IMG/VR virus record: IMGVR_UViG_3300022833_000006
Length of the DNA stretch: 34,750 nt
From: an uncultured virus (IMG/VR IMGVR_UViG_3300022833_000006)
Taxonomy: Duplodnaviria; Heunggongvirae; Uroviricota; Caudoviricetes; Crassvirales
Strand: one strand, 5' to 3'
Below, piece after piece: positions 21,129 through 29,539 of this stretch; position 1 is the first letter of the stretch; every line of letters begins with the position of its first letter. The position numbers were made by a program, and so were the translations under genes. The notes under the pieces are model-generated. The model did no database searches. It was not told where the DNA came from and saw only the letters and a program-made list of their open reading frames with translations.

Positions 21129-21612
21129 AATTGTTTTTTTTTATGAATTTTTTAAATCCGTTTGTTGTGTGGTAAGTTTTGTCAGCTTTACCTGCTTTAA
21201 AAGTTTCCATTAAAATTTTAGTATTAACGTCTAGCATAGAGTTAAGAGAAGATTTAGCACCTTCTCTTATAAATCTTTGTTTATAAGTTTCATCATAAGT
21301 GTTTCTAATGTGAACATGATATTGTTTACCAATATTATATCCAATAGGTAATTCTAAAACAGATATTATTTCAAAATCTTTTTTAAGTTTTTCTACTAAT
21401 GATTTTTGATTAACATGAGCCATTAAAACTCTCATTGATTTTTCTGTTTTTAATACAGTATCAACAAGGTTTTTTAAATCTCTACTTGCACAATTTAAAT
21501 TTTCTAATGTTCCAAATTTACAATTATCTGTAGATTTATTTAAAGTCAAAAATTGACCTTTATTATTTGAAAATTTTATGTTTTGTTTATTTATATTTAC
21601 TGATTTAATCAT
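21115..21612 (-). CDS. Hypothetical protein
   Basis: ORF track, 165 aa. Confidence 0.7.
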   Translation of the reverse strand: MIKSVNINKQNIKFSNNKGQFLTLNKSTDNCKFGTLENLNCASRDLKNLVDTVLKTEKSMRVLMAHVNQKSLVEKLKKDFEIISVLELPIGYNIGKQYHVHIRNTYDETYKQRFIREGAKSSLNSMLDVNTKILMETFKAGKADKTYHTTNGFKKFIKKNNYGTM

Positions 21613-21627
21613 TTTTTTTTATTATTT

Positions 21628-23556
21628 TTAATTTTTAATTACGTTAATAATTTTATTAACTTCTCTTAAATAATAGTTATAATCTATATTATAATTATCA
21701 TTGTTGTAATACTGATTAAAAACTGTTGTTTTATAACCAGCTTCAATACTTGATTCTCTATCACCCATATCTATCTCACCAAATATGTTTATTTGTAATG
21801 TAGGTATTTTATCAGGCAATGGTGGTAACTTTTTAACAAGCATTTCACCATCGTTAGAAACGAAATATCTAGTTACCTTACCTAATTCATGATCTTCTGG
21901 CTCATAGTCTTTTACAATCCTTTCAACGAGTTTATTATCACCTGTCATCTTTACACCTAAGCAAAAATCGTGAATACCGTAGTTTTCACAAAAAGTATAA
22001 TTCTCTGATGTTGAATGATTTGACAAATGATTATAAATAGTATCTTCAGGACTAACATTGTTTGCAAAATAATTAGCTAAAGCAATAGCTACAATTCTTT
22101 TACTATGATTTTTGTTATAATCCCTATCCATTTCAAAAGCACCTTTGTATTTAGTATAACCTGTATCAGTAATACTCATGTAATTATTAACATCTCGTAT
22201 TATCATTTTGTCATAAACAGCATATTCCATTACAAGATTAGTTTTATTTTCCCAGGATGTAACTATCTTTTTCATGTAATCTACATCAGTTCTCTTTATA
22301 ATAAAAGTAAAACCGTCAGTGTTTGATTGCAAAAATGTAATATCATTAACATGTTTAAATATTTTCTCCATAAGCATAGCTAAAAGTAATTGACCATTAA
22401 GAGTAATACTTAACAGACATTTGGGATCATACAAAAAACTATACATATCATTCATTTTACCAAATGAACCATTGAGCATTAATTTACAAGCTGCATTACG
22501 TGGATCTGATTTAGGAAATGTCTTTCTTAATTCATATATACTTTTATAAATTTTACTAAAAGCTTCTCCTAAGTGTTTTGGTCTAAATTCATTGTTAATA
22601 GCTAAGTTAGGATAGTAACTTGCTACGTCAATGTCTATGATTACATGAGTTTTATCACTTACATACACTCCAGGTTTAGTACAACCATGTATACCACCTT
22701 GACCAAAATCATTAATAATGTTACCTATCTTACCACTAAATTTAAATTCACCTTTAGTATCTTTTGATACATATGATTTAAAATTAAAAAGAACTTTTTG
22801 CATTTCTTTTGAATCAAACTTAATATAGTCAAGTATTATATCATTAAATATAACTGATTTTCTATAAGTTCTTTTCTCTGATAATTCTTTCTTTTTAATA
22901 TTCATTTCTTTAGATAATAAATCTAAGAATATTTCACTACCAATTTTAGGGTCATTAGCATTTATTAAATTTAAACCATATTCCTCAGATAACTGAAGCC
23001 TTAGCTCAATTTCTTTTTGACATTTGTTATAAAATAAATGTGTAGCATTTACATCATGGTCACAATAAGATATTATTTCAGACATCATGTCTTTTGTAAG
23101 ATCACTGTCTGGTGGATAAGGAAGATCACGTATATTATCCATTCTCATGGCATATTCAAGCCATTTAAGAGACGTTCTACGTGCTTTGTTATCGTAATGT
23201 TTAATCCTAAAAAGATCTACTTGAGATATCTTAACTTGATTATCCCATATTGCAGAATAATCAGCTTGTATTACATTTTGTGCTTCATTGTATATCTCTT
23301 CAGATGTTCATTTTCTTTTAACTTTAAGTATAGTGTTATGTAAGACTGGGTAGTCAAAATTAACATTATTATAACCTATTAAAGTCATGTTTCTTTGATT
23401 AAGAAACTCGTAAAGTTTTACTATGTCTGTTTTGTATTTGTTAATTTCAAATCTTCAAAACTCATTAGTTTCTATATTCTTAAACACAGCAAGAAATAAA
23501 TCTTTATATGTTTCTAAATCGTATATGTAAGTTTTGTTACTTCATTGTTTTTTCAT
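21628..23556 (-). CDS. polB: Family B DNA polymerase; true start 23556 (642 aa), three in-frame TGA=Trp
   Basis: Extension holds Exo I YDLET and Exo II GYNNVNFD; then YCDHDV, DVASYYPN, KLMLNGSFGK, NTDG. TGA at 23544-23542, 23457-23455 and 23310-23308. Confidence 0.95.
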
Positions 23557-23594
23557 ATTTTTTATTTTTATAAAGTCTAACAAAAAGTTCGTGA

Positions 23595-23921
23595 TTAAAC
23601 ACGAACTCCTAAGTCATAATGTATTACAATTTCAATTTCATCTTTTTTATTAATTGTATTAGAAGTATATACATTAGTATAATTAAGATCTAACAAAGAT
23701 GTTGCCATATTAGAAAATGAATTAGCTAATATTAAATTTTCACTATTTTTATCAGCTTTTATTTCTATACTTAAATATCTATAATCATCACTATTGTCAT
23801 AATCTATTTCAATATCAAAACCTATTAATAAATTAAAAATAGGTTTTATGTTGTTTAGAAATCCAAGTATAGGTATTTCTAATTTTAATTCTTTATTTGA
23901 TTTTTTAAAGGTATCCACCAT
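23595..23921 (-). CDS. Hypothetical protein
   Basis: ORF track. Confidence 0.65.
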   Translation of the reverse strand: MVDTFKKSNKELKLEIPILGFLNNIKPIFNLLIGFDIEIDYDNSDDYRYLSIEIKADKNSENLILANSFSNMATSLLDLNYTNVYTSNTINKKDEIEIVIHYDLGVRV

Positions 23922-24181
23922 GAGTATAATTCTTTTTTAATTTTTTTGTTTTCTACTAAACTTAAAGCTGTTTCTGTTGCATAATTTCTAGCTACATCAG
24001 TAACATCTTGATCTTTTGAAAATTTTTTAACAGTTGCTTGAGAAACAACTTTACCTTTTATATCTTTTATAAAACAAGTAGTTTCTTTTATTTGTTTTCC
24101 TTTATTACCAATATTAACCATTCCTGATGAATATCTTACTGTTAAAGAACCTATTTGAGTTCCTGATTTTAATAATCCCAT
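23885..24181 (-). CDS. Hypothetical protein
   Basis: ORF track. Confidence 0.7.
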   Translation of the reverse strand: MGLLKSGTQIGSLTVRYSSGMVNIGNKGKQIKETTCFIKDIKGKVVSQATVKKFSKDQDVTDVARNYATETALSLVENKKIKKELYSWWIPLKNQIKN

Positions 24182-24210
24182 AATTTAATTATTTAAGTTA
24201 ATTTTAAAAT

Positions 24211-24429
24211 TTATATATAAACGCTTTGAAAAAGATTACATACATTATAAGGTTGTACTATTTCACCGTCTATACCACACGTTGTAAATGGAAATGTTAA
24301 ATTAATACATGCATCACAACATTTATCATCTAAATTAGTATTTTCTGTTATTGTTTTTTTTTCTTTTTTAACAGTTTCTATTTTAGGACCATCAAATTTT
24401 GTTTTTAAACAAGCTTTTATTAAATCCAT
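24211..24429 (-). CDS. Small Cys-rich protein (CxxC...C...C)
   Basis: CCDAC...TCGI...VCNLF. Confidence 0.65.
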   Translation of the reverse strand: MDLIKACLKTKFDGPKIETVKKEKKTITENTNLDDKCCDACINLTFPFTTCGIDGEIVQPYNVCNLFQSVYI

Positions 24430-24430
24430 A

Positions 24431-24724
24431 TTACGTATTTATTATTATTTCAATAAAATTTCTACCTTCTTCGTTACTTTTAGTTATTGTAATACCATCT
24501 ATTTTATTTCTTTTAATAAAAGAATTAATAATAAATTTATCATAAACTATTTGAGCATTATTAGCCATATTTAAATAGGTAATAGTAATTGAAAACATAA
24601 CTATTGTACTGTCAGTAAATATTCTAATTGTTTCATAAAATATAAAATCAATATTTTCTGATAATTCATTTAATACTGGTTTAACAATATTAATTTTATT
24701 TAATATTTCTATTTCATTTTTCAT
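24431..24724 (-). CDS. Hypothetical protein (start moved to ATG 24724)
   Basis: Track ORF 24431..24754; internal ATG with A-rich leader avoids the upstream stem-loop. Confidence 0.6.
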   Translation of the reverse strand: MKNEIEILNKINIVKPVLNELSENIDFIFYETIRIFTDSTIVMFSITITYLNMANNAQIVYDKFIINSFIKRNKIDGITITKSNEEGRNFIEIIINT

Positions 24725-24752
24725 GTTTTTAATTTTAATTATTAACAATATC

Positions 24753-24829
24753 AAACTATAACACCTTTCAAGTATGAACTTGATTTAAAGAAGTGGGATA
24801 GATAGATAGAAATCCCGATGTTATAGTTT
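24753..24829 (-). ncRNA. Putative three-way-junction structured element
   Basis: Closing stem AAACTATAACA/TGTTATAGTTT enclosing GGGAT/ATCCC and TCAAG/CTTGA hairpins. Confidence 0.5.
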
Positions 24830-24853
24830 TTATATTGTTATTAAAAATAGAAT

Positions 24854-25051
24854 TTAAATTGTTTCAAACAAAGAAATATCTGAAATAGTTTCTGCTCTCA
24901 TTCTGTTATTTATTCTATTCCATCTTACATTACTAGCTATTACTCTTACTGATTTGCAAGTAGGTCTAGTTCCTATGTAAGTCATTTTAGCTACTTTAGC
25001 TAATCTTTCTCTTCTTTTTTCTGCCATTACAGCTATTGTTGATTGATTCAT
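24854..25051 (-). CDS. Small basic hypothetical protein (start moved to ATG 25051)
   Basis: MNQSTIAVMAEKRRERL...; the longer track start overlaps the tRNA-like RNA. Confidence 0.6.
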   Translation of the reverse strand: MNQSTIAVMAEKRRERLAKVAKMTYIGTRPTCKSVRVIASNVRWNRINNRMRAETISDISLFETI

Positions 25052-25081
25052 GGTTAAATTGTTTAAGTTAATTGTTAAAAA

Positions 25082-25233
25082 ATATTCATACTGGATTTGA
25101 ACCAGTGTCTTCTTGTGATTCACTATTATCTATAATAAATTAAATCTAGCAACTTTAAATAAAAAAGTTCCTTATAGTAATCATTGGTAGCGTTATTTGA
25201 TACAAGTACTCTACCTGACTGAGCTAATGAATA
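25082..25233 (-). tRNA. tRNA-like RNA with an 85-nt insert replacing the anticodon loop; identity undetermined
   Basis: Acceptor TATTCAT/ATGAATA, D arm GCTC-AGTCAGGTA-GAGT, anticodon stem CTTGT/ACAAG, variable loop AAGAC, T arm ACTGG-TTCAAAT-CCAGT, all canonically spaced. Confidence 0.75.
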
Positions 25234-25411
25234 TTTATTTTATTTTTTATTTAGATAAAAGCTCACATAATATATGCAAGCCTTATCAATTGCAATGTAC
25301 TACACTTTTGATACATAACCTTTCCCAAATCTATAAAAGTGTTAAAAACTTTGGATGATGTTATATTTGCCAGATATCCTGCTGGCGCAGCTTTTTAGAC
25401 GGCGAAGTCTG

Positions 25412-25855
25412 TGGAGCTGAGGGGAGTCGAACCCCTGTCCCAACAATTTGATTATTAATAAATTATACAGTTTTTCAATTTATAGTTTTCTTCTACACTA
25501 GTTACTCATACTAAATTAACTTATCATACAGCTTCACTATACTAATGTACTTCGGGTCTATCTGGACATACCAGAATATCAAGCATCCTGTGATAAGTTA
25601 CTACATAATGGTTACTACGATGCTTTTTTCACCATTGGCATTATGCTGCCATTGCTAACTTAACTGTTGCAACTGGTGCAACTAGATCGTCAGATCCGTT
25701 AAGAATGTTGTGAACAACACTCATGTTAGCTACTTCCTGTGCAGTTTCCTGCGTACTCATTGTATTTCCGTTTAGAAATTTCACCTACGATATTTAAAGT
25801 GATCACTCACTACTGTTTATTAATATTTACACTGCGGTCAAAACCAGTCAGCCCC
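25412..25855 (-). ncRNA. ssrA: tmRNA
   Basis: 5' GGGGCTGACTGGTTTTGAC, 3' GGACAGGGGTTCGACTCCCCTCAGCTCCA; acceptor with G3-U70 and discriminator A; internal tag frame ending LAMAA*. Confidence 0.95.
25641..25769 (-). other. tmRNA tag reading frame, 42 aa
   Basis: TAAAC|GGA resume context; GNTMSTQETAQEVANMSVVHNILNGSDDLVAPVATVKLAMAA-TAA. Confidence 0.75.
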
Positions 25856-25862
25856 GTTAATG

Positions 25863-26663
25863 TTAATATTTTGTTAATCTATCTTTTACTAACTCTATTA
25901 AACCTTTACTATTTTTAGATAAATTATTAGAAGCACTTGTGTAAAAATTACTAACATCATTAATAGATAAACATTTTTTATTTAATAATATAAATTCATC
26001 AGCTTTTTCTTTATTTGAAAAATAAATGCAATACTTATTTACAGGTTTTTCTCTGTAAAAATCTTTTTTTCTACTTTCAGCTATTTCTTTATTAGGCACA
26101 AGTAAATCCCATGTATTATAAAATTCATCACCTTCAAAGACATCAACACCATCTTCTGTTGTAAATAAAGGTTTTTTAATATGTTTAATATAATTTATTT
26201 CCATATCTCCACAAGCTATTCTATTTCCTTCAGAAATATGAAAAGTTTTAATAGTAAAAGATACACTATTATTAAAAATTACTTCATCACCAACAGTAAA
26301 CACTTCACCATCATTTAATCTTTTTACTGAATGTATATAATACATTTCTGTTCTTTCTAACATTGTAAAAGTAGATTGAGGTGTAGTGTCTATACCATTT
26401 CTTTGCCACCCACCTTTATTACCTATAATCCATAAATCATCAATTAAAGATTTTTGTTTAAAAGACAATATTTCATAATCTTTTTCAATTATTTCTTCCC
26501 AATATTCAGAATAATTTTCTATAATATTAGTATCAATAATAAAACCTTTTGTAAAATAACAATTTTTAGGACAAAAAAAATGATTATTGTCAGTAATTTT
26601 TTCAATAATAGTATTTATATCAGGGCTACCAGAATATTCTTTAATTAATTTGTATTTTTTCAT
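25863..26663 (-). CDS. Hypothetical phage protein
   Basis: ORF track; MKKYKLIKEY, IHSVKRL.DGEVFTVGD, PLFTTEDGVDVFEGD. Confidence 0.8.
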   Translation of the reverse strand: MKKYKLIKEYSGSPDINTIIEKITDNNHFFCPKNCYFTKGFIIDTNIIENYSEYWEEIIEKDYEILSFKQKSLIDDLWIIGNKGGWQRNGIDTTPQSTFTMLERTEMYYIHSVKRLNDGEVFTVGDEVIFNNSVSFTIKTFHISEGNRIACGDMEINYIKHIKKPLFTTEDGVDVFEGDEFYNTWDLLVPNKEIAESRKKDFYREKPVNKYCIYFSNKEKADEFILLNKKCLSINDVSNFYTSASNNLSKNSKGLIELVKDRLTKY

Positions 26664-26665
26664 AA

Positions 26666-27052
26666 TTATAATATTATACTATTAAATAATTCTACTGTCC
26701 AATATACATCAAAACAAAGATAACTAAGTAAGAAAGCTGCTAAAATAAAAGTGTGATACCATACTCTATCTTCATATGGAGTATGAGAATATTCTCTATA
26801 TTGACCTTTTCTTTCTTTAATACCTATTATTAATCTTTCAAAATTATAAAGCATTAATAAACTTAAACTTACGTTGTATATAAGCTTAGTAAGCGTTACG
26901 TTTGCTAGTAATATATTTTTATCTAATGTATGTCCAGTTAATTGTGCTAAGTTGTTAAAGAGCTCTATTAACAATATACTAATAGGTAATCTAAATGGTA
27001 CTAATAATAAAAATGATATTATTAATATTATTAATTTTTGTTTGTGTTTCAT
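26666..27052 (-). CDS. Hypothetical membrane protein
   Basis: About three hydrophobic segments. Confidence 0.7.
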   Translation of the reverse strand: MKHKQKLIILIISFLLLVPFRLPISILLIELFNNLAQLTGHTLDKNILLANVTLTKLIYNVSLSLLMLYNFERLIIGIKERKGQYREYSHTPYEDRVWYHTFILAAFLLSYLCFDVYWTVELFNSIIL

Positions 27053-27259
27053 TGTATTTTATTTAAATTGATTATATTATTTAAAAATATACTGTTATAT
27101 TATTTAACAGTATACTATATTATTATAAGATATATTAATCTCTATTGCTACACGCAAAAATAATAAATCCTAATATTACTATGAACCAATAAGCTTCCAT
27201 GTTGTTGTGTTTTAATTGTTTATGTTTATATAATATATTATATTATATTTTCATTTATG

Positions 27260-27403
27260 TTACTCTTTTAAAAAAATATAATGTATACTTTTATTATAAG
27301 TAACACTATTAATTATTAAATAGTTATTTTTAATAAGATTTTGTACAACAACATCATCAGCATTTGAGCCAATATATGTCATTGAAATTACTTTTTCATC
27401 CAT
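27260..27403 (-). CDS. Small hypothetical protein (47 aa)
   Basis: MDEKVISMTYIGSNADDVVVQNLIKNNYL...; manual translation. Confidence 0.5.
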   Translation of the reverse strand: MDEKVISMTYIGSNADDVVVQNLIKNNYLIINSVTYNKSIHYIFLKE

Positions 27404-27461
27404 TCTATTATTATTTAGTATAGTTAATTTTTAATTAAATATAAAGTATATGCTTAAAAAC

Positions 27462-27492
27462 TTGCATATGTCATTTATTTCTTGTAACTTTG
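27462..27492 (+). promoter_or_regulatory. Bacteroidota housekeeping-sigma promoter, antisense to flanking genes
   Basis: TTG (27462)-N20-TAACTTTG (27485-27492); same layout as the promoter at 34070. Confidence 0.65.
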
Positions 27493-27577
27493 TGTATTGT
27501 TAAGTTACAATGAATTGACATCCTCTACATTCGTCTTTGTTAATAGGATAATATTTGAAGGGTAACGGGTATTTATA

Positions 27578-27618
27578 AAAGGGTTAGGGAAACTTTGTAG
27601 TCTCCTCTAACCCTTTCT
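27578..27618. terminator. Terminator-like hairpin, possibly bidirectional
   Basis: AAAGGGTTAG...CTAACCCTTT inverted repeat with A run before and T/C run after. Confidence 0.6.
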
Positions 27619-27639
27619 CAGTTTAACCACTAACCAATA

Positions 27640-27873
27640 TTATCTCTTCATATTATAATCTTCTATGTTTGGATACTTAAACGTATACCAATTAAGCTTA
27701 CTAGGTTTCATCATTGTAGAATGTGAATGTACAAAACGTTTAAGACTTCTATTATTAATCCATTTATGTATTATTCTATCTATTTTACAACTTCTTTCAA
27801 GTTGATATATGAAATAACCTGTTATTAATAATATTACAACGAATATTATTGTTATTAATTGAAAATTGTTCAT
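27640..27873 (-). CDS. Small membrane-anchored hypothetical protein
   Basis: N-terminal hydrophobic helix. Confidence 0.65.
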   Translation of the reverse strand: MNNFQLITIIFVVILLITGYFIYQLERSCKIDRIIHKWINNRSLKRFVHSHSTMMKPSKLNWYTFKYPNIEDYNMKR

Positions 27874-27896
27874 ATTTTTGTTTTTTTGTATTAATA

Positions 27897-27947
27897 ATTT
27901 ACACTCTGCATTTACAGGCTTGTGACTGTCTTTGGCTGCATTAAAAT
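27897..27947 (-). ncRNA. Twister self-cleaving ribozyme (type P1)
   Basis: ATTT-TAA-TGCA-GC-CAAAG-ACAG-TCACAAGC-CTGT-AAA-TGCA-GA-GTG-T-AAAT: P1, P2, P4, pseudoknots CAC/GTG and GC/GC, conserved UAA and GA. Confidence 0.88.
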
Positions 27948-28084
27948 CCTTTATATTTAAAACATAAAGGATTTTTATATTTATAATTATTTTATTATAT
28001 CTTATTTAGTCTGGGCTATATCAGACTACGCCTTTTAATTTATCTCCTAACATTTTTTATTGTAATTTAACTCTATAACTTTAC

Positions 28085-28155
28085 AGCCACTAGGATTTGC
28101 ACCTACAATTTTGGGGTAGTAACCCAACGAGTTTTACTTTTTACTACAATAAGTT
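28085..28155 (-). pseudogene. Degenerate tRNA-like remnant
   Basis: TTGGG-TTACTAC-CCCAA hairpin followed by TAGG-TGCAAAT-CCTA T arm; acceptor stem does not pair. Confidence 0.45.
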
Positions 28156-28194
28156 TAAGTTTCTTTACGATAGAAATCATCTCTAAATTAATTA

Positions 28195-28449
28195 TTATAT
28201 TACTGATTTGAAATTTTCATGAAAAGACATTGTGTCTATTTGAACATGTTTGTATTTGTAAATATTAGCCCATTTTGCAAATCTTATAAACTCACTTTTT
28301 ACATAATTAAATATATCATTGTAAGTATAATGTTTATTTGCATTAAAAATAAGATCATAAAATTTATGATAAAATACATCAATATCAATGTTCATTTTAA
28401 TAGTTTCTCTTTCTATTTTTCTACGTGTATTTCTAGTAATTTTTTTCAT
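28195..28449 (-). CDS. Hypothetical protein
   Basis: ORF track. Confidence 0.65.
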   Translation of the reverse strand: MKKITRNTRRKIERETIKMNIDIDVFYHKFYDLIFNANKHYTYNDIFNYVKSEFIRFAKWANIYKYKHVQIDTMSFHENFKSVI

Positions 28450-28628
28450 AATTTGTTTCTTTTGTTTCTTGCAGATTTAGATATATAATTATATTTATCT
28501 GCAAAAGATTCATTTTTCTTATTAAAAGAGTCAATTCTTGTTCTTACATCAAAATTTAAATTTACTATTTCTGGAAAACATCCAAATATACCATTGTATA
28601 TAAAATAAGAAACTATTATTAATTTCAT
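28446..28628 (-). CDS. Hypothetical protein ending in TGA (ATGA overlap)
   Basis: ORF track; starts just after the previous stop and its TGA overlaps the next ATG. Confidence 0.55.
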   Translation of the reverse strand: MKLIIVSYFIYNGIFGCFPEIVNLNFDVRTRIDSFNKKNESFADKYNYISKSARNKRNKL

Positions 28629-28631
28629 AAT

Positions 28632-28859
28632 TTATTCTTTTGCAGATTTACCATTAGTAAAACCTCTGTTGTAACCATCTTGATAATTATCAGATGATTC
28701 AGGTAATACAGGTATAGGAGTAACTGGTACTACTGGCTTTATACAATTTTGCACTTCAAAACAATAACCTGCTACATAACCATCTTCAAATCCTTCTTCA
28801 AACTTCGTTGTAAATATCATTGTTAACAATAATATTGATAATATTAATAATGTTTTCAT
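28632..28859 (-). CDS. Small secreted/membrane protein
   Basis: Signal-like N-terminus; GFEDGYVAGYC and YQDGYNRGF repeats; Pro-rich linker. Confidence 0.7.
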   Translation of the reverse strand: MKTLLILSILLLTMIFTTKFEEGFEDGYVAGYCFEVQNCIKPVVPVTPIPVLPESSDNYQDGYNRGFTNGKSAKE

Positions 28860-28900
28860 TTTTTTGTTTTTAAATTGTTATTTTTATTGTTTTTTTATAA

Positions 28901-29539
28901 TTACAAATTTTCTTTAATCCAATCTTTAAATTGAATTATTTTATAATCTTCATCATATCTATCATTATTAATAGATGTAATTCCTGAATTACGACCTTCT
29001 GACCAACATTTTTGCATCTCTTCTTTAGTATACATTTTTTCTTCAATCAAATGTACTATTACTTCATTGTTAGTTGTTAGTTTTATTAACAACGGTCTTG
29101 TAGTTTTATGTTTGCTATATAGTCCATCTACATATTCATACTCCAATTCAACTTCATCAATACCACCTTGTTTACAATATTCTTCTAAAAATGATTGTGG
29201 TATTTGTGGCAACGAAACTATTATTTTTTGACCTATTATTTTAGTAGATTTTTTACATTTTACTTTAAGCTTAGTATCTGTTGTTGCTACGATTTTTATA
29301 GCACCTTGTCCTTTTTCTAAATTAATATTTTTAAATGGTTTATCAGGATATTTTTCATTTATACACCAATCACCTTTTTTAATATTTTCATTTGATATTA
29401 AATATAAATGTTGAGAAGTTACATCCCACCATTTTTTCATATTTAAATTATTATTAATTAAAAAATCATCATCTTTTAAAAATAAAGCAGGTGTTAAATC
29501 TTCTGTTGATAACATTACCACTTTTATTGTATTTTCCAT
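28901..29539 (-). CDS. Hypothetical phage protein
   Basis: QHLYLIS.E.IK.GDW, KIVATTD..L, LPQIPQSF.EEY. Confidence 0.8.
   Translation of the reverse strand: MENTIKVVMLSTEDLTPALFLKDDDFLINNNLNMKKWWDVTSQHLYLISNENIKKGDWCINEKYPDKPFKNINLEKGQGAIKIVATTDTKLKVKCKKSTKIIGQKIIVSLPQIPQSFLEEYCKQGGIDEVELEYEYVDGLYSKHKTTRPLLIKLTTNNEVIVHLIEEKMYTKEEMQKCWSEGRNSGITSINNDRYDEDYKIIQFKDWIKENL

Noticed and set aside
1..23556. Interpreting TGA-interrupted genes as pseudogenes
   Set aside because: All 13 interruptions are TGA, with no frameshifts or TAA/TAG, and catalytic motifs are intact on both sides.
24797..24810. GATA tandem microrepeat
   Set aside because: Only about three units forming a hairpin loop; not meaningful as a repeat by itself.
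25350..25411. HDV-like (theta) ribozyme next to the tmRNA 3' end
   Set aside because: Two GC-rich hairpins and a plus-strand GGCGAA are present, but I could not build P1/P3/P1.1 on either strand.
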